Position numbers and translations under genes: made by a program | In this document: one piece after another, positions 50,001-64,000 of the stretch | Numbering within the stretch: position 1 is the first letter of the stretch | Layout: every line of letters starts with the position of its first letter | Origin: the human T2T-CHM13v2.0 reference genome, Homo sapiens | Strand: one strand, 5' to 3' | Assembly: GCF_009914755.1 (NCBI RefSeq) | Contig: NC_060935.1 | DNA: 64,000 nucleotides | Notes under the pieces: generated by a model | The model's input: the letters and a program-made list of their open reading frames with translations, nothing else | Databases searched by the model: none | What the model was told of the DNA's origin: nothing

Positions 50001-51702
50001 CACAGTTGGAGACAGCAACATGTTGGAAACTGGGCATATAGGTGATGGGTATCGAAGAGGTAATTCACTTACATGGTTCAAAAGTTATAAGATAATGAAA
50101 AGATCTTCAGCAAAAAGCTACTCAGTGTTGTAGGCATTAAATATCTTTTTGCATTTTCAAAAGTTTGAACCATGTAAATATATTAATAAAATTTTTAAAA
50201 TAAAATGCATCTATTTTTGGTGTAGGCTTATTATTCTGCAGGAATTCTCTGACTTTTATTCTCTTCCGGCAAATCTCATTTATTTATTTGGAGCACTTAT
50301 CAGACTTTGCAAGTATATAATTGTTTGCAATATTAACTTGTTTATTGTTTGTCCCTCTCACAATACTTTAAGCTTCAGGAAGACAAGGGCCAGGTCTGTT
50401 TCATTCATCAATGTATTATCCAGTACAGGCACAATGCCTGGCACACAGTGGGCATTCAGTAATTACTTGTTGAATATTGAACAAACCAATGAATGATGCA
50501 AGAAATAAGAGTGAAAATGTATCCTTTTTTAAAATCCAGATGGCATGAGATAGTTGTTGTCCTGTCATTGTACCTCTATCATACCAGATTTTGATGTATT
50601 TTACACACCTATGATCTTCTTGGGAGATGATTAAACTTGATACAAGAAATATAATAGATATCAAATGTATTAATACGACCTCAAGTTTTAGCTCTAATCT
50701 ATTTAATTATGACATTCTTATGACATGTAATTATTGATCCCCTACTAGGTATCATCAGTACCCCTATTCTCAGGGAGTCTAAATTACAAAATAAAGAAGA
50801 TATTCATATGCACAAATGAAAATAAGGTACAAAGGAATAAATATGAGCATTCTAATAAAATTCTTTGGAAATCAGAAGACAAAGAAATTGTTTCCATCTG
50901 GAAGGAATGAGAAAAGGCTTTATGAAGGGAATAACATTTAAAGTGGGTCTTAAATAGTGGGTAAGACTCGAGGTTTGGAAAATAACAGAAAAGGACATCC
51001 TAGGAGCAAGGAGAACAAGATTCAGTAAATGATACAGGGAAAGTGTGAGGCATGTATGGGCAGAGGCAAATAATTTGGGATAAGGGAACCCTGGGTGTGA
51101 GGTGGGGAGCAGAGAGAATTGAGATTGGAGACATAGCAGATGATAGTTATAAAGTGTTATTTACACTTTGCGTTTTATTGGATTTTGGATTTCGTTACTA
51201 AGAATTAGAAGTCACTGACAGAGTTCAGTTAAGGAGAAACATCTCCAGATTTTATAAAGCTCATTTGTGCATCAGTGTAGAGAAAATCAGAAAGGTGAGC
51301 CTTGAGGCAAGGGAAAAATCAATACTTGAAATATTTAGGAGTAGGAGACAGCAGGGCAAGACAGCAGGGCAATTCACACTCCTAAATTTTGAGATATAGA
51401 CTGTATGTGGTATGGAGTTCAGGGAAGGGAGAAATCAAAATAAGGGCTGGCGAGGCCTGGGAAGACCTTTGATTACCCAGTTATGAGGGCGTGACTTCTG
51501 TGAGTCTTCAAGGAGCTGCCACTGCTGCTGCCTAAATCACAATTCTAGTGTTGTTATAGAGCTTTGCTTTGTATTCAAGTACAGATCAGGACTCCAAAAC
51601 CTGGCTTGTTCCTTGTTACTAAAACGACTAAGTAATTACATAGTTTTAACTCTTCAAATAATACAGTATTTAGTTAGAGTGATCTAAGAAAAAGCAAAAT
51701 GA

Positions 51703-53110
<1,408 letters not shown>

Positions 53111-53461
53111 GATATATCATGCCTTCAGCCCTATGCCTGCTGTCATCACTGTTTTGTGTGGCACTGAAGTCTCTCTGGCTGCTACTTGAAATCAAAGTAG
53201 CCCCTGTTGTTCTGCCTATCATTGTAGGCATTGCTCTTACTGCCGTGGGTATAGTGGTCCTGACCGGAAGATGCTTCCATATCATTTCTACCCGGCCAGA
53301 AAGCACCATGGTGCCAGTGCTGCAAGCCTGTATGGTGTTGGTTCATTTAAACTACTTTTTAGAAGAAATTTAGAACAACAGTGAAATCCTTGTTGTAGCC
53401 CAGCATCCATTGCTGTTCTAGTTAGTATAGCCCAAATTTCCTTTGGCAAACTTTCTCACCA

Positions 53462-53760
53462 TTTTTTTTTTTTTTTTAGACAGAGTTTTCGCTCTTGTTG
53501 CCCAGGCTGAAGTACAATGGTGTGATCGTGGCTCACCGCCAACCTCTGCCCCCCAGGTACAAGCGATTCTCCTGCCTCAGCCTCCTGAGTAGCTGGGATT
53601 AAAGGCATGCGCCACCATGGCCAGCTAATTTTGTATTTTTAGTAGAGACAGGGTTTCTCCATGTTGGTCAGGCTGTTCTCGAACTCCCAACCTCAGGTGA
53701 TCCGCCTGCCTTGGCCTCCCAAAGTACTGGGATTACAGGTGTGAGCCACCACAGCTGGCC
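53462..53760 (-). mobile_element. Alu (AluSp-like)
   Basis: Full dimer; TSD TCTCACCA. Confidence 0.9.
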
Positions 53761-55639
53761 CTCTCACCACTCTTAATCCCATTATTTGTGTAAGACTAAT
53801 GCTACCCAAAGACAGACAAGAGGGTCCTGATAGGCTGAAGCCAGGCAAGGTATCCCATTCCCCTGGCCATAATTAAGTGAAGAGAAGTACACAAAGCCCA
53901 GGCCTGAGCCAATCAGCACTCCATTCCCCTAGCCATGGTGATAGTGCAATAGTACTATAACTTACATAGTTATAATTAATAAGTTAATTAATAATCTACA
54001 TAAGTTATATAATTGTTACATACTTAATAAGTTACAACAAATAACTTAAATAGTTACATAGATAGTCTTACAACTGGTAGTATGGGATTATCTCTGATCT
54101 ATTATACAATCCAGTTAATCAGTGACAATCTATGAAATGGGATTTTAAAAATTACTGGCTTATTGTTTTTTCTGATTGGCCTGAAAATGTAGGTGTCCAT
54201 TACTCTCTATTTTACAGGGATACTTATTAGTATGTCTTTTTTAATTTTATTGTCTAAGGGGAAAAAAAGCAGGGAGAAATTTTCTGTAGGAAAATAGTCC
54301 ATATTCTGGTTAAGACCTGTTTCACCTTTCCTATCCCTGCCCCAAGGCTAATCATAAATAAAATTTTAAGTGATACACCACATGCTCTTTTCATTGTCTC
54401 TTATAGTCTTTTTTCTCCAGTTAGGATCCAAAGGGCTGAGTCATGGACTGATTCAGATAATAATCATGCAGAGATAGCACCTCTGCACACACATACACAC
54501 ACACACACACACCAGCCACATGTTTGAAGGTGTGTATGCTGCACAAATCCAAAGGGCGCCTTTACATCCTAGGCCATCAGTGCCTCTGGTGCCTAGACTT
54601 TGGGGCTGCCTTTGAATCTCATGAGCATCAACAAAGGAAGGTCACCCCTGGAGTCATAGTTTGTGATTTTTAACTATGTGTGAACGGCTGACAGAAATAT
54701 GGACTCTCTTGCAAGGAAGATGGACATGTGCACCTGCACACAAAATTTGTACACAACTGTGAGTCACTGACAAACCCTCTGAAACACATTCATGGACCAG
54801 AGGTTAAGAACACCTTCCTTGACTCGACAAAGCTCTCTTAGTTCTTCATGCTGATCCTTTAAAACAGATTTTAAAGGCTTTTAGTTCCATAAGTGCCCTA
54901 TTATCCTTGCTGGAATCTACAAAAGCCAGAGCGGACATTTTAAAACATTGTATTAGATGCTAAGTCATTACTTCTTATTAATCAATAACAAACTTCAATC
55001 ATTTTTACAAGATTGAAGACAAAGAGACTTTGCACTCTAATAGAACATCTCGAGTCTTTTTTTTCTCTCCCACTTGCTTTAGGTGTTTGGGGACCTGTAA
55101 GTAGAGCCACATCAGAAGGTAAGGCAGCAACAAAGCTCTTAACTCTCTTTCCATCCTCACTTATTCCCCCTTGCTTCTGCAAAGGGTATTTGAAGGTTAT
55201 GCTCATCTATGCCTAGCTCTTCTAGGGGAAGCATTTTCTTTTCAGTAATTTACTGAAAGTAAAGTGCCATCCATTACTTGCCTTTCTATTGCATGCAATG
55301 ATTTGGAACTGCTGGATGTGTTTGTTTGTCTCGGTCTAATGGTCTCTAAAGGAATTTCTGATCACAATCATCACACTGCATTCTGTTTATTTTCACATAC
55401 TGGCTGCACATCTAGCTGTTCAGCAGTGCATACAATATCTGAACTCAAAGTAATTGCCAGGTTTGTTTGCAGATGTATTACCAGGGAGATTTGCTCAGGG
55501 CAGGCATGGTAGACCCATGCCTGAAAGAGAAGAAAAGGACAAATCAAAATTGCATTTGAACTAAAGGATGGCAGCCCCAAAGGACAGACTAAGAGCTGTA
55601 AAAAAGTTCCATACTCATGAGTGTGGAGACATCACTTAT

Positions 55640-56518
55640 ATCTTCTATTCCCCAACACCCAACATCCAACTCACCAGAAATTTTGATGGTTCTACTTTCC
55701 AATTTCACATCCAAAGCCTACTATTTCTCACTGCCTCACTACTGTCACACTGTTGCAAGCCAATCATGATCTGTCATCTGGTTTACGGATTATGGCAAAT
55801 GCCTCCTAACTGGCCCCTTTGGTGCTGCTTTGTTCTGTCACTGTCTCATCTCCACACAGCAGCCACGGTATCCCTTTAAAATGGAACTTGGAGTATGTGA
55901 CTTATGCACTCAAAACTCCAAACAGCTCGCCATCTCACAGTGAAAACCAAAAGCTTTTGGGCAGGTCCTGCCTGGTCTACCTCACCTCCTGAATGACTCC
56001 CTGACCTGGTCGCCAACCACTGTCGCTGACTCTGCTCCAGCCACACTGGCCTCCTGCGGTTCTCCATCGCAGGCCTTTCCCCGTGGGCCTTTGCACTGGG
56101 CTTTTCCTCTGGCTGGAATGTTCATTTCTCAGATAAATACATAGTTAACTCCTCCATCTTCAAGTCTCCACTCAATTGTCTCCCTACAAAAACCATCCTG
56201 AGCACTCTTTAAGAAACTGAAACCCATCTGCCATCCCACTTCTTTTCCTGATTAAGGAAAAAAGTCTCTCTTTACAACATAGTATATTGTTTACCTATTA
56301 TTACGGGTATTGCTTATTGTCTATTCCACCACATTCCACTATAGCATTCCCTTAAATTTGAATGTAAGTTCCATGGGGGTGAGATCTTGTTGTGTATCCA
56401 CATGTGTATCCATTATTTAGAATAATATGCCTGGCATATGGCAGGCAATCAGTAAATATAAGTTAAACAAATTGTATGAATGAATTTATTAATGAATAAA
56501 TGAATTTATTAATGAATA
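55640..56518 (+). mobile_element. L2 LINE 3' portion
   Basis: L2 motifs (CTCCACACAGCAGCCA, CAGCCACACTGGCCTCC, CCTTTGCACTGG) and (TGAA)-like tail. Confidence 0.75.
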
Positions 56519-56737
56519 GTCAATGTCAAATTGACCACACACACAATTCTTAGAGCACATAAAACATGACTCAGGTCATCATAGCTCCATTATTGTTTCT
56601 TTCAATATTCTTTAACATTTTTTTCCATTTTCCCTCCTCCCCCGTTATTTCTTAGACTTTTGTCTTACCTGATGCTGTTTTTACCAGATTACCTTCCATA
56701 CCATAAATAAGGTTTTAAAGTGACATGTGGAAAGCTA

Positions 56738-56881
56738 ATTTTTTTAATTTTTAAGTTCTGGGATACCTGTGCAGGATGTGCAGGTTTGTTACATAGTAAA
56801 CATGGCCGTGGTGGTTTGCTGCACCTATCAACCCATCACCTAGGTATTAAGCCCAGCATGCATTAGCTATTTTTCCTAATC
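56738..56881 (-). mobile_element. Very short 5'-truncated L1PA 3' end
   Basis: L1PA 3'UTR terminus; TSD TGTGGA(A/G)AGCTAAT. Confidence 0.82.
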
Positions 56882-57616
56882 CTTGTGGAGAGCTAATATT
56901 TCTAATCATATAATCCCTACCCTCAGTTCCCAGATATTTTCATTCAAATGCTGATAAGCAGTAGAGTGAGGAGTGAAGAATGATGAGATACATTACATCA
57001 TGGTCTCTCAACACCCTCTGTTAGAACTTGAGCTACTTTCCCTCATTAACTAAAGCATGATAATTCTTCTAAACTGTAGAGTCATAACTGACAAAAGTTA
57101 ATCAGAAGTCATATCTTCCTTTAGGACAGTTCTTTTATGGCAAAATCAAAAGATTTCTACTAAAGAAGACTCTGGGAGAAGGCCAGCACGATTTTACATT
57201 GGAGATTCCTCTTCAGCTCTGAGGAAAGAAAAACGATAGAGATGGAGCTAGGCAGCAAGAAGCAGATGGAAATGGGTAGAGAGAAGTAATATGTTCTCTT
57301 CCTGAGTGGAAAATGTTGGGTAAGTTGCTCTAATGCCCTGGCAAGAACAATGGACTTACTGCTTAGTGAATTCTTGACTGTCAGCCAAGGTTGCTATTTC
57401 AAAGCAGAAAAGCAATGAAGGGAATGATGCAAGGAAAGTGCTCCTCTTTTCTTTTTAAAATGCCACAGAATAGAGAAATATTCAAATTAGCGAAACAACA
57501 CATTTTAAGAATTTTTATGCTTATGCTCGGTCAACATGGCTGACTTGCTTTACCTGTAATCTGAAATTCTCAAACACAATATTCAAACTCATATTTAGGA
57601 ACCACATAAGATTGTA

Positions 57617-57936
57617 TTTCTTTTCTTTTTCTTTTCTTTTCTTTTTTAGAAACAGGATCCGACTCTGTCACCCAGGCTGGAGTGCAATGCAGTAGTGCAA
57701 ACGTTGCTCACTGCAGCCTCAAACTCCAGGGCTCAAGTGACCCTCCTGCCTCAGCCTCCCAAGTAGCTGGGAGTACAGGCGTGCACCACCACTCCCAGCT
57801 AACGTTTTAATTTTTTGTAGACATGGGGGTCTCACTATGTTGCCCAGACTGATCTTGAACTCCTGGCCTCAAGCAATCCTTCCTCCTCAGCCTCCCAAAT
57901 TGTTGGGATTACAGGTGTAAGCCACCTCACCTGGCC
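57617..57936 (-). mobile_element. Alu (AluJ-like)
   Basis: Dimer with (TTTTC)n tail. Confidence 0.88.
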
Positions 57937-58561
57937 CTTATTTCTTTAATATATAAATAGTGTCTTATTTTATTCAATAGATGTATTAGAGAAATCTCGT
58001 GTACTTAAAATGAATTGTCATATAAAGTAATCCTACTGCAAATATTTTTCCCCCAAAAAATGTGTTAGTTGAAAAACCTTTTCAACCAAATAATAGTTTT
58101 GAAAAGTGGGTACATACGAATCTAAATTATGCTTTCTTGATTGAATTCATCAGTTATAAAAAGTATAAAATTCCCTCCCTGGTCAACTCAGTGAGGCTAG
58201 AAGTTTATTGATTTTATCAGAATTCTCCAAGAGTATGCTTTTCGTTTCAATGGTTTTCTCTATTGCTTTTCTGTTTTCTGTTTCATTGATTCCTGCTCTG
58301 AGCTTTGTTTCCTTTCTTCGGCTTACTATGCATTTCATTTGCTTTTCTTTTTCTAGTTTATTTGAAAAGAAGTTGAGGCCCTTAGATTTGAGAACTTTCT
58401 TCTTTTCTAATACAGGCATTTACTGTTACAAATTTCTCCCACGTACAACTTTAGCGTGATGCAAGTTCCCAAGACCATCTCTAGGTTCAATGATTCACCA
58501 GGAGGACCCACAGGACTCAGCATATATTCACGCTCCTGTCTGCGGTTTATTACAGCCAAAG

Positions 58562-59690
<1,129 letters not shown>

Positions 59691-60269
59691 TCAGGGAAGC
59701 TAGTTAAGAGACTCAGCACCCACAGTTTTTATTAGGAACTGGCCACATCAGCACTCTCTGCCTGGCACCCAAATTCCAGATTTCCAGAAGGAAAGTGATG
59801 TTCACTATAAACCATATTGTTTGCACAAGCAGTTTAGGTACAGTCAAGCACCCTGATCAGTTAGGTTGGTGGGAACTCTCCCAAAATCCAAGTTCTCAAA
59901 TGCCAGCCAGAGCCCAACCCTGCTAGCAGGCCTTTCTGAGGACACCAGCCTCAGGCCTGCTGCAATTTCTCTTTTCTGCCCAAAGGGTTTCCTGAAAATT
60001 TTGGTATGTTGTGCTTTCATTTTAATTGTGTTCAGAATACTGTCTAACTTCTCTTTTGAGCTATTCCTTAATCCATGGGTTATACAGATTCAAAGTACTT
60101 GAGGATTTTTCCAGAGATCTTTTTGTATTAATTTTTAACTTAATTCTCTTTTTTTCTCTCTTTTTTTCTTATGACTCAGATCACAGAAAATTTTCTAATT
60201 CTATTGTGGTCAGAGAGCAGATTTTATATGACTTGAATCCTTTTAAATGTACTGAGTCTTGTTTTGTTC

Positions 60270-60625
60270 TGTGAAAGGGCTATATATGCAAAGTGGCCCC
60301 CAAATGCCGAAGGAACCAAGAAACCAAAGGAGGCGGCAGACATTTAGTTTTTCAAGAAAGGATGTTTTATTGGGGGAATTTACAAACAGAGGCATGGTCT
60401 TGGGCAGCCACAAGACAAGCATATGTGTGCTCCAGCAAGACAATAAAAGGCAACCCTCTAGAACAGGCAAGAATGCTATATGCATCATAGCCTATAATTT
60501 GTGTGATAGCTTCAAGGTTGATGTGTTCTTACACCAGGGACAGTAAATAAAGTACAGTACTGGGGCTACTCAGAAGTCAACATGGTGGATTAGCATCCAA
60601 GATGAAGTCACTTTTGTCTCCATGT
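60270..60625 (-). mobile_element. Probable ERV1-type solo LTR, family unassigned
   Basis: Interrupts L1; minus strand begins ...GGAGACAAAAGTGACTTCATCTTGGATGCTAATCC; AATAAA on minus strand near 60367. Confidence 0.5.
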
Positions 60626-60719
60626 GTTTATGACCCAGAATATGGTTTTCCTCAGTAAATGTTCCTTATGTACTTGAGAATAATGTGTACGCTGCTGTTG
60701 TTGGCTGAACATTGTGTAA

Positions 60720-61085
<366 letters not shown>

Positions 61086-61247
61086 TATATCCTTACTTTC
61101 TATGTACTTCTATAGACTATTGAAATTTCTAGAAGGAAAGATGTTCACCATATCTACCGTGGTTTTGTCATTTATGGATTTGTCTGTTTTTCTTGCAGCT
61201 CTATCAGTTTTTGCTACATATATTTTGAAACTCTGTTATTAAGAGCA

Positions 61248-62700
61248 TAAAAGAACAAAGCTAGAAGTCTTACACTACCCAGTTCCAAGACTTATTTTTA
61301 AGCTACAGTAACCAAAGCAGTGTGGTACTAGCATTAAAAATATTGATACATAGATCAAAAAATAGAGTCCAGAAATATACCCACATATATATGGTCAACT
61401 GATTTTCCACCAAGGTGTCAAAGCAATTCATTGAGGAAAAAATAATATTTTCTAAATGATGCTGGAACAACTAGATAGCCACATATAGAAAAAAAAAATG
61501 AGCTCATTCCCACCACACATCACAAACAAAATTAATTTGAAATGGATGACAGACCTAAATGTAAGGGCTAAAACTATAAAACTCTGAGATGAGAATACAA
61601 GAGAAAATGTTAGCAATTTGGGTTAGGTGAGCATTTTTTAAATAGGACACAAAAATCTCAATCTATAAAATTTTAAAAATTGATAAACTGGACTTCATCA
61701 AAATTTAAAATGTTGGCTCTTCAAAAGGCATTGCTAGAAAAATAAAAAGGCAAGCCACAAACTAGGAGAGAATACTTAGAAAATGTATATATAATAAAGC
61801 ACTTGTATCCAGAATACTTATAGCTTAATAACTCATTAAAAAGGAGACAACTCAATTTTTACAAAATGATAAAATATTTGACCAGGCACTTCACCAAACA
61901 AGATACACAAGTGGCAAAATAAGCATATGTAAAAATGCCCCAAATCACTGGTCTTTACGGAAATGCAAAGTAAAAGCATAAAAAGACCATTACACACCAA
62001 CTAGAATGTCTAAAATTAAAGACTGATGACCTCAAGTGTTGACAAGGATATAGAGTAATTGAATTCTCAAACATTGCCGATGAGAACGCAAACTGGTAGA
62101 GGCACTTAGGAATATAGTTTGGCCATATCTTATAAAGTTAAACATAGACTTACCATATGACCCAGGAAGTCAACTCTGAGGTATTTACCCAAGAGAAATG
62201 AAAACCTATGTCCATATAAAAGTGTGTTCTCAAATGTTCATAGCAGTTTTTAAAAAACTATTAGTTCTAAACTGGAAGCAATCCAGACTAGAAATGGATA
62301 AATAAGTTGTGATATACCTTATAATAGAATACTATTCAGCAATAAAAAGGAACAAACTAATGATATATGCAAGAACATGTATGAATCTCAAAAGCATTGT
62401 CCAATGTGAAAAAAGCCAGACAGAACTGTCTACTAAGTATATTCTTCCATTTATATGATATTCTAGAAGAGGCAAACGTATAGCAATAGAAGGCAGACCA
62501 GTCTTTGCCATAGAAGGAGGGGACTGATTGAAAGGGGCAGGAGGAAACTTTTTGGGGTGATGGAAATGTTCTCCATCTTGGCTGTGGTGATGATTACATA
62601 ACTATATTTGTCAAAACTCATCAAATTGTACAGTTAAAATTGGTTAATGTTATATGCAAATTACACCTCATAAAAGCTGACATAAAAATATTTTTAAACA
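61248..62700 (+). mobile_element. L1MC/MD/ME-type 3' 1.45 kb
   Basis: ORF2 C-terminal remnants and L1M 3'UTR (GGGGTGATGGAAATGTTCT...GCAAATTACACCTCA). Confidence 0.75.
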
Positions 62701-62966
62701 TTTCAACTGTTAATTTAGAACTTTGTTATAAGTTGTTTTAAATTTTGTAGCTTCTAATATAGATACAAAAAGTATAAAAATCATAAGTGTACAACTCAGT
62801 GGTTTATCACAAAGCAAACACCATTTTAAATACCACCCAGTGAAAAAAAGAGAACATTGTGAACATCCAAGAAGACCACTCATTGCCTCTAACCAAAAGC
62901 ATTACTTAGCCTTGTAGAAATATGCTTTGATATTACTGGGTTTTGAACTTTTACCTAAAGGAAATT

Positions 62967-63575
62967 GTGTAGTAGAGTTAACCTTATCCAAGAGAGGTTG
63001 GACCTTTGCCCTGGGTTCCTGGGAGTTGATCTCTAGCCCTTGGAATATGCTGCCTGATAAGCAAATCTGTTTACCTGGGGACTCTGGGCCAAGCAGTATC
63101 AGCTTGACTTCCAGAGGGACTGAAGACTAAAAGTCAGCCACATGTGTGGTCAACCATGTCTGTGTGACTGAGTCTCAATAAAAACTCTGAACACTGAGGC
63201 TTAGATGAGCTCCCCTGGTTGGCAACACTGCACCTGTATTGTCATACGACATTGCTGGGAGAAGTCAGTTTTGTCCACAATGCCACTGGGAGAGGACAAC
63301 TGAAAGCTCCATGCATGGAACCCTCCTGGACTGTGCCCCTGCACCTTTTCCATTAGCTGATTTTAATTTGTATCCTTTCATTGTAATAAACTATAACTGC
63401 AAGTATAACAGTTTCACAGAGTTCTGTGAGCCCTTCTAGCAAATTATCAAACCTGAGGGTTGTCTTAGGAACCCCAAACTTGCAGTTGGCATCAGAAGTG
63501 TGGGTGTTCTTTTGGGGACCCTGAACTTTGTAGTTGGTGTTAGAAGGGTGGTCTTGAGGACTCCTAAACTCTGCA
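62967..63575 (+). mobile_element. MER21C-like LTR
   Basis: TGTGTAGTAGAGTTAACCTT... start; CTTCTAGCAAATTATCAAACCTGAGGGTTGTCTTAGGAACCCC motif. Confidence 0.65.
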
Positions 63576-64000
63576 GAAATCATATGGTATTATTTTGTAT
63601 ATGGCTTCCTTTACTCAGCCTTGTTTCTGAAATTCATTTATATTACAGCTTGTAAGTATATTCACTTTAATTGCTTGTGTAGTAATGTACTGTATGAACT
63701 GACTATAATTTACTCACTCTACTGTTGATGGACATTTGGACTTTTTCCAGATTTGTACTATTGCTACTGACAACCCTATAGAGAAAAACAGAGAAATCCA
63801 TCATCATAGTGTCAGATTTTAAAACATCTGTCTCAACTTATAAGAATGAGCAGACCAAAAAAAGTCAGTAAGAATATAGATTTTTATTATACAATTAACA
63901 AATTATATTTGGCATCACTTAATACCTAAAACTCCTCTGGGAGTAATAATAATGAACATTTCTCAAAGCCATACTATATTCTTACACTATCCTATGATGT

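Overview
Primate (human-like) genomic DNA, mostly interspersed repeats. The only gene I can support is the 5' part of CWF19L2 on the minus strand. It has a small CpG-rich promoter (~18.9-19.15 kb) and coding exons 1-6 (18980..18876, 16940..16830, 15736..15614, 4214..4104, 2776..2657, 337..244). These splice with GT-AG boundaries into one 221-codon frame (MATSMAAASGRFES...[11 protein letters not shown]) that continues beyond base 1. The 45 kb upstream looks intergenic: a full-length, disrupted L1PA7-like element, Alus, old L1/L2, MaLR/ERVL/ERV1 LTRs (THE1, MLT, MER41A with a nested MER4-type LTR, MER21 with a nested LTR12) and ERVL internal sequence. Almost all ORF-track entries are repeat artefacts. 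I found no convincing new biological system. The most interesting signals are: a 30-bp copy of exon 5 sitting in exon 5's own splice-acceptor region; an orphan polyadenylated, TSD-flanked retro-insert in intron 1; several locally templated direct and inverted insertions; a 113-bp AT-rich hairpin; and a (GGAA)13 purine tract next to the exon 4 donor. Repeat subfamily names are from recalled consensus sequences and need RepeatMasker/Dfam confirmation.
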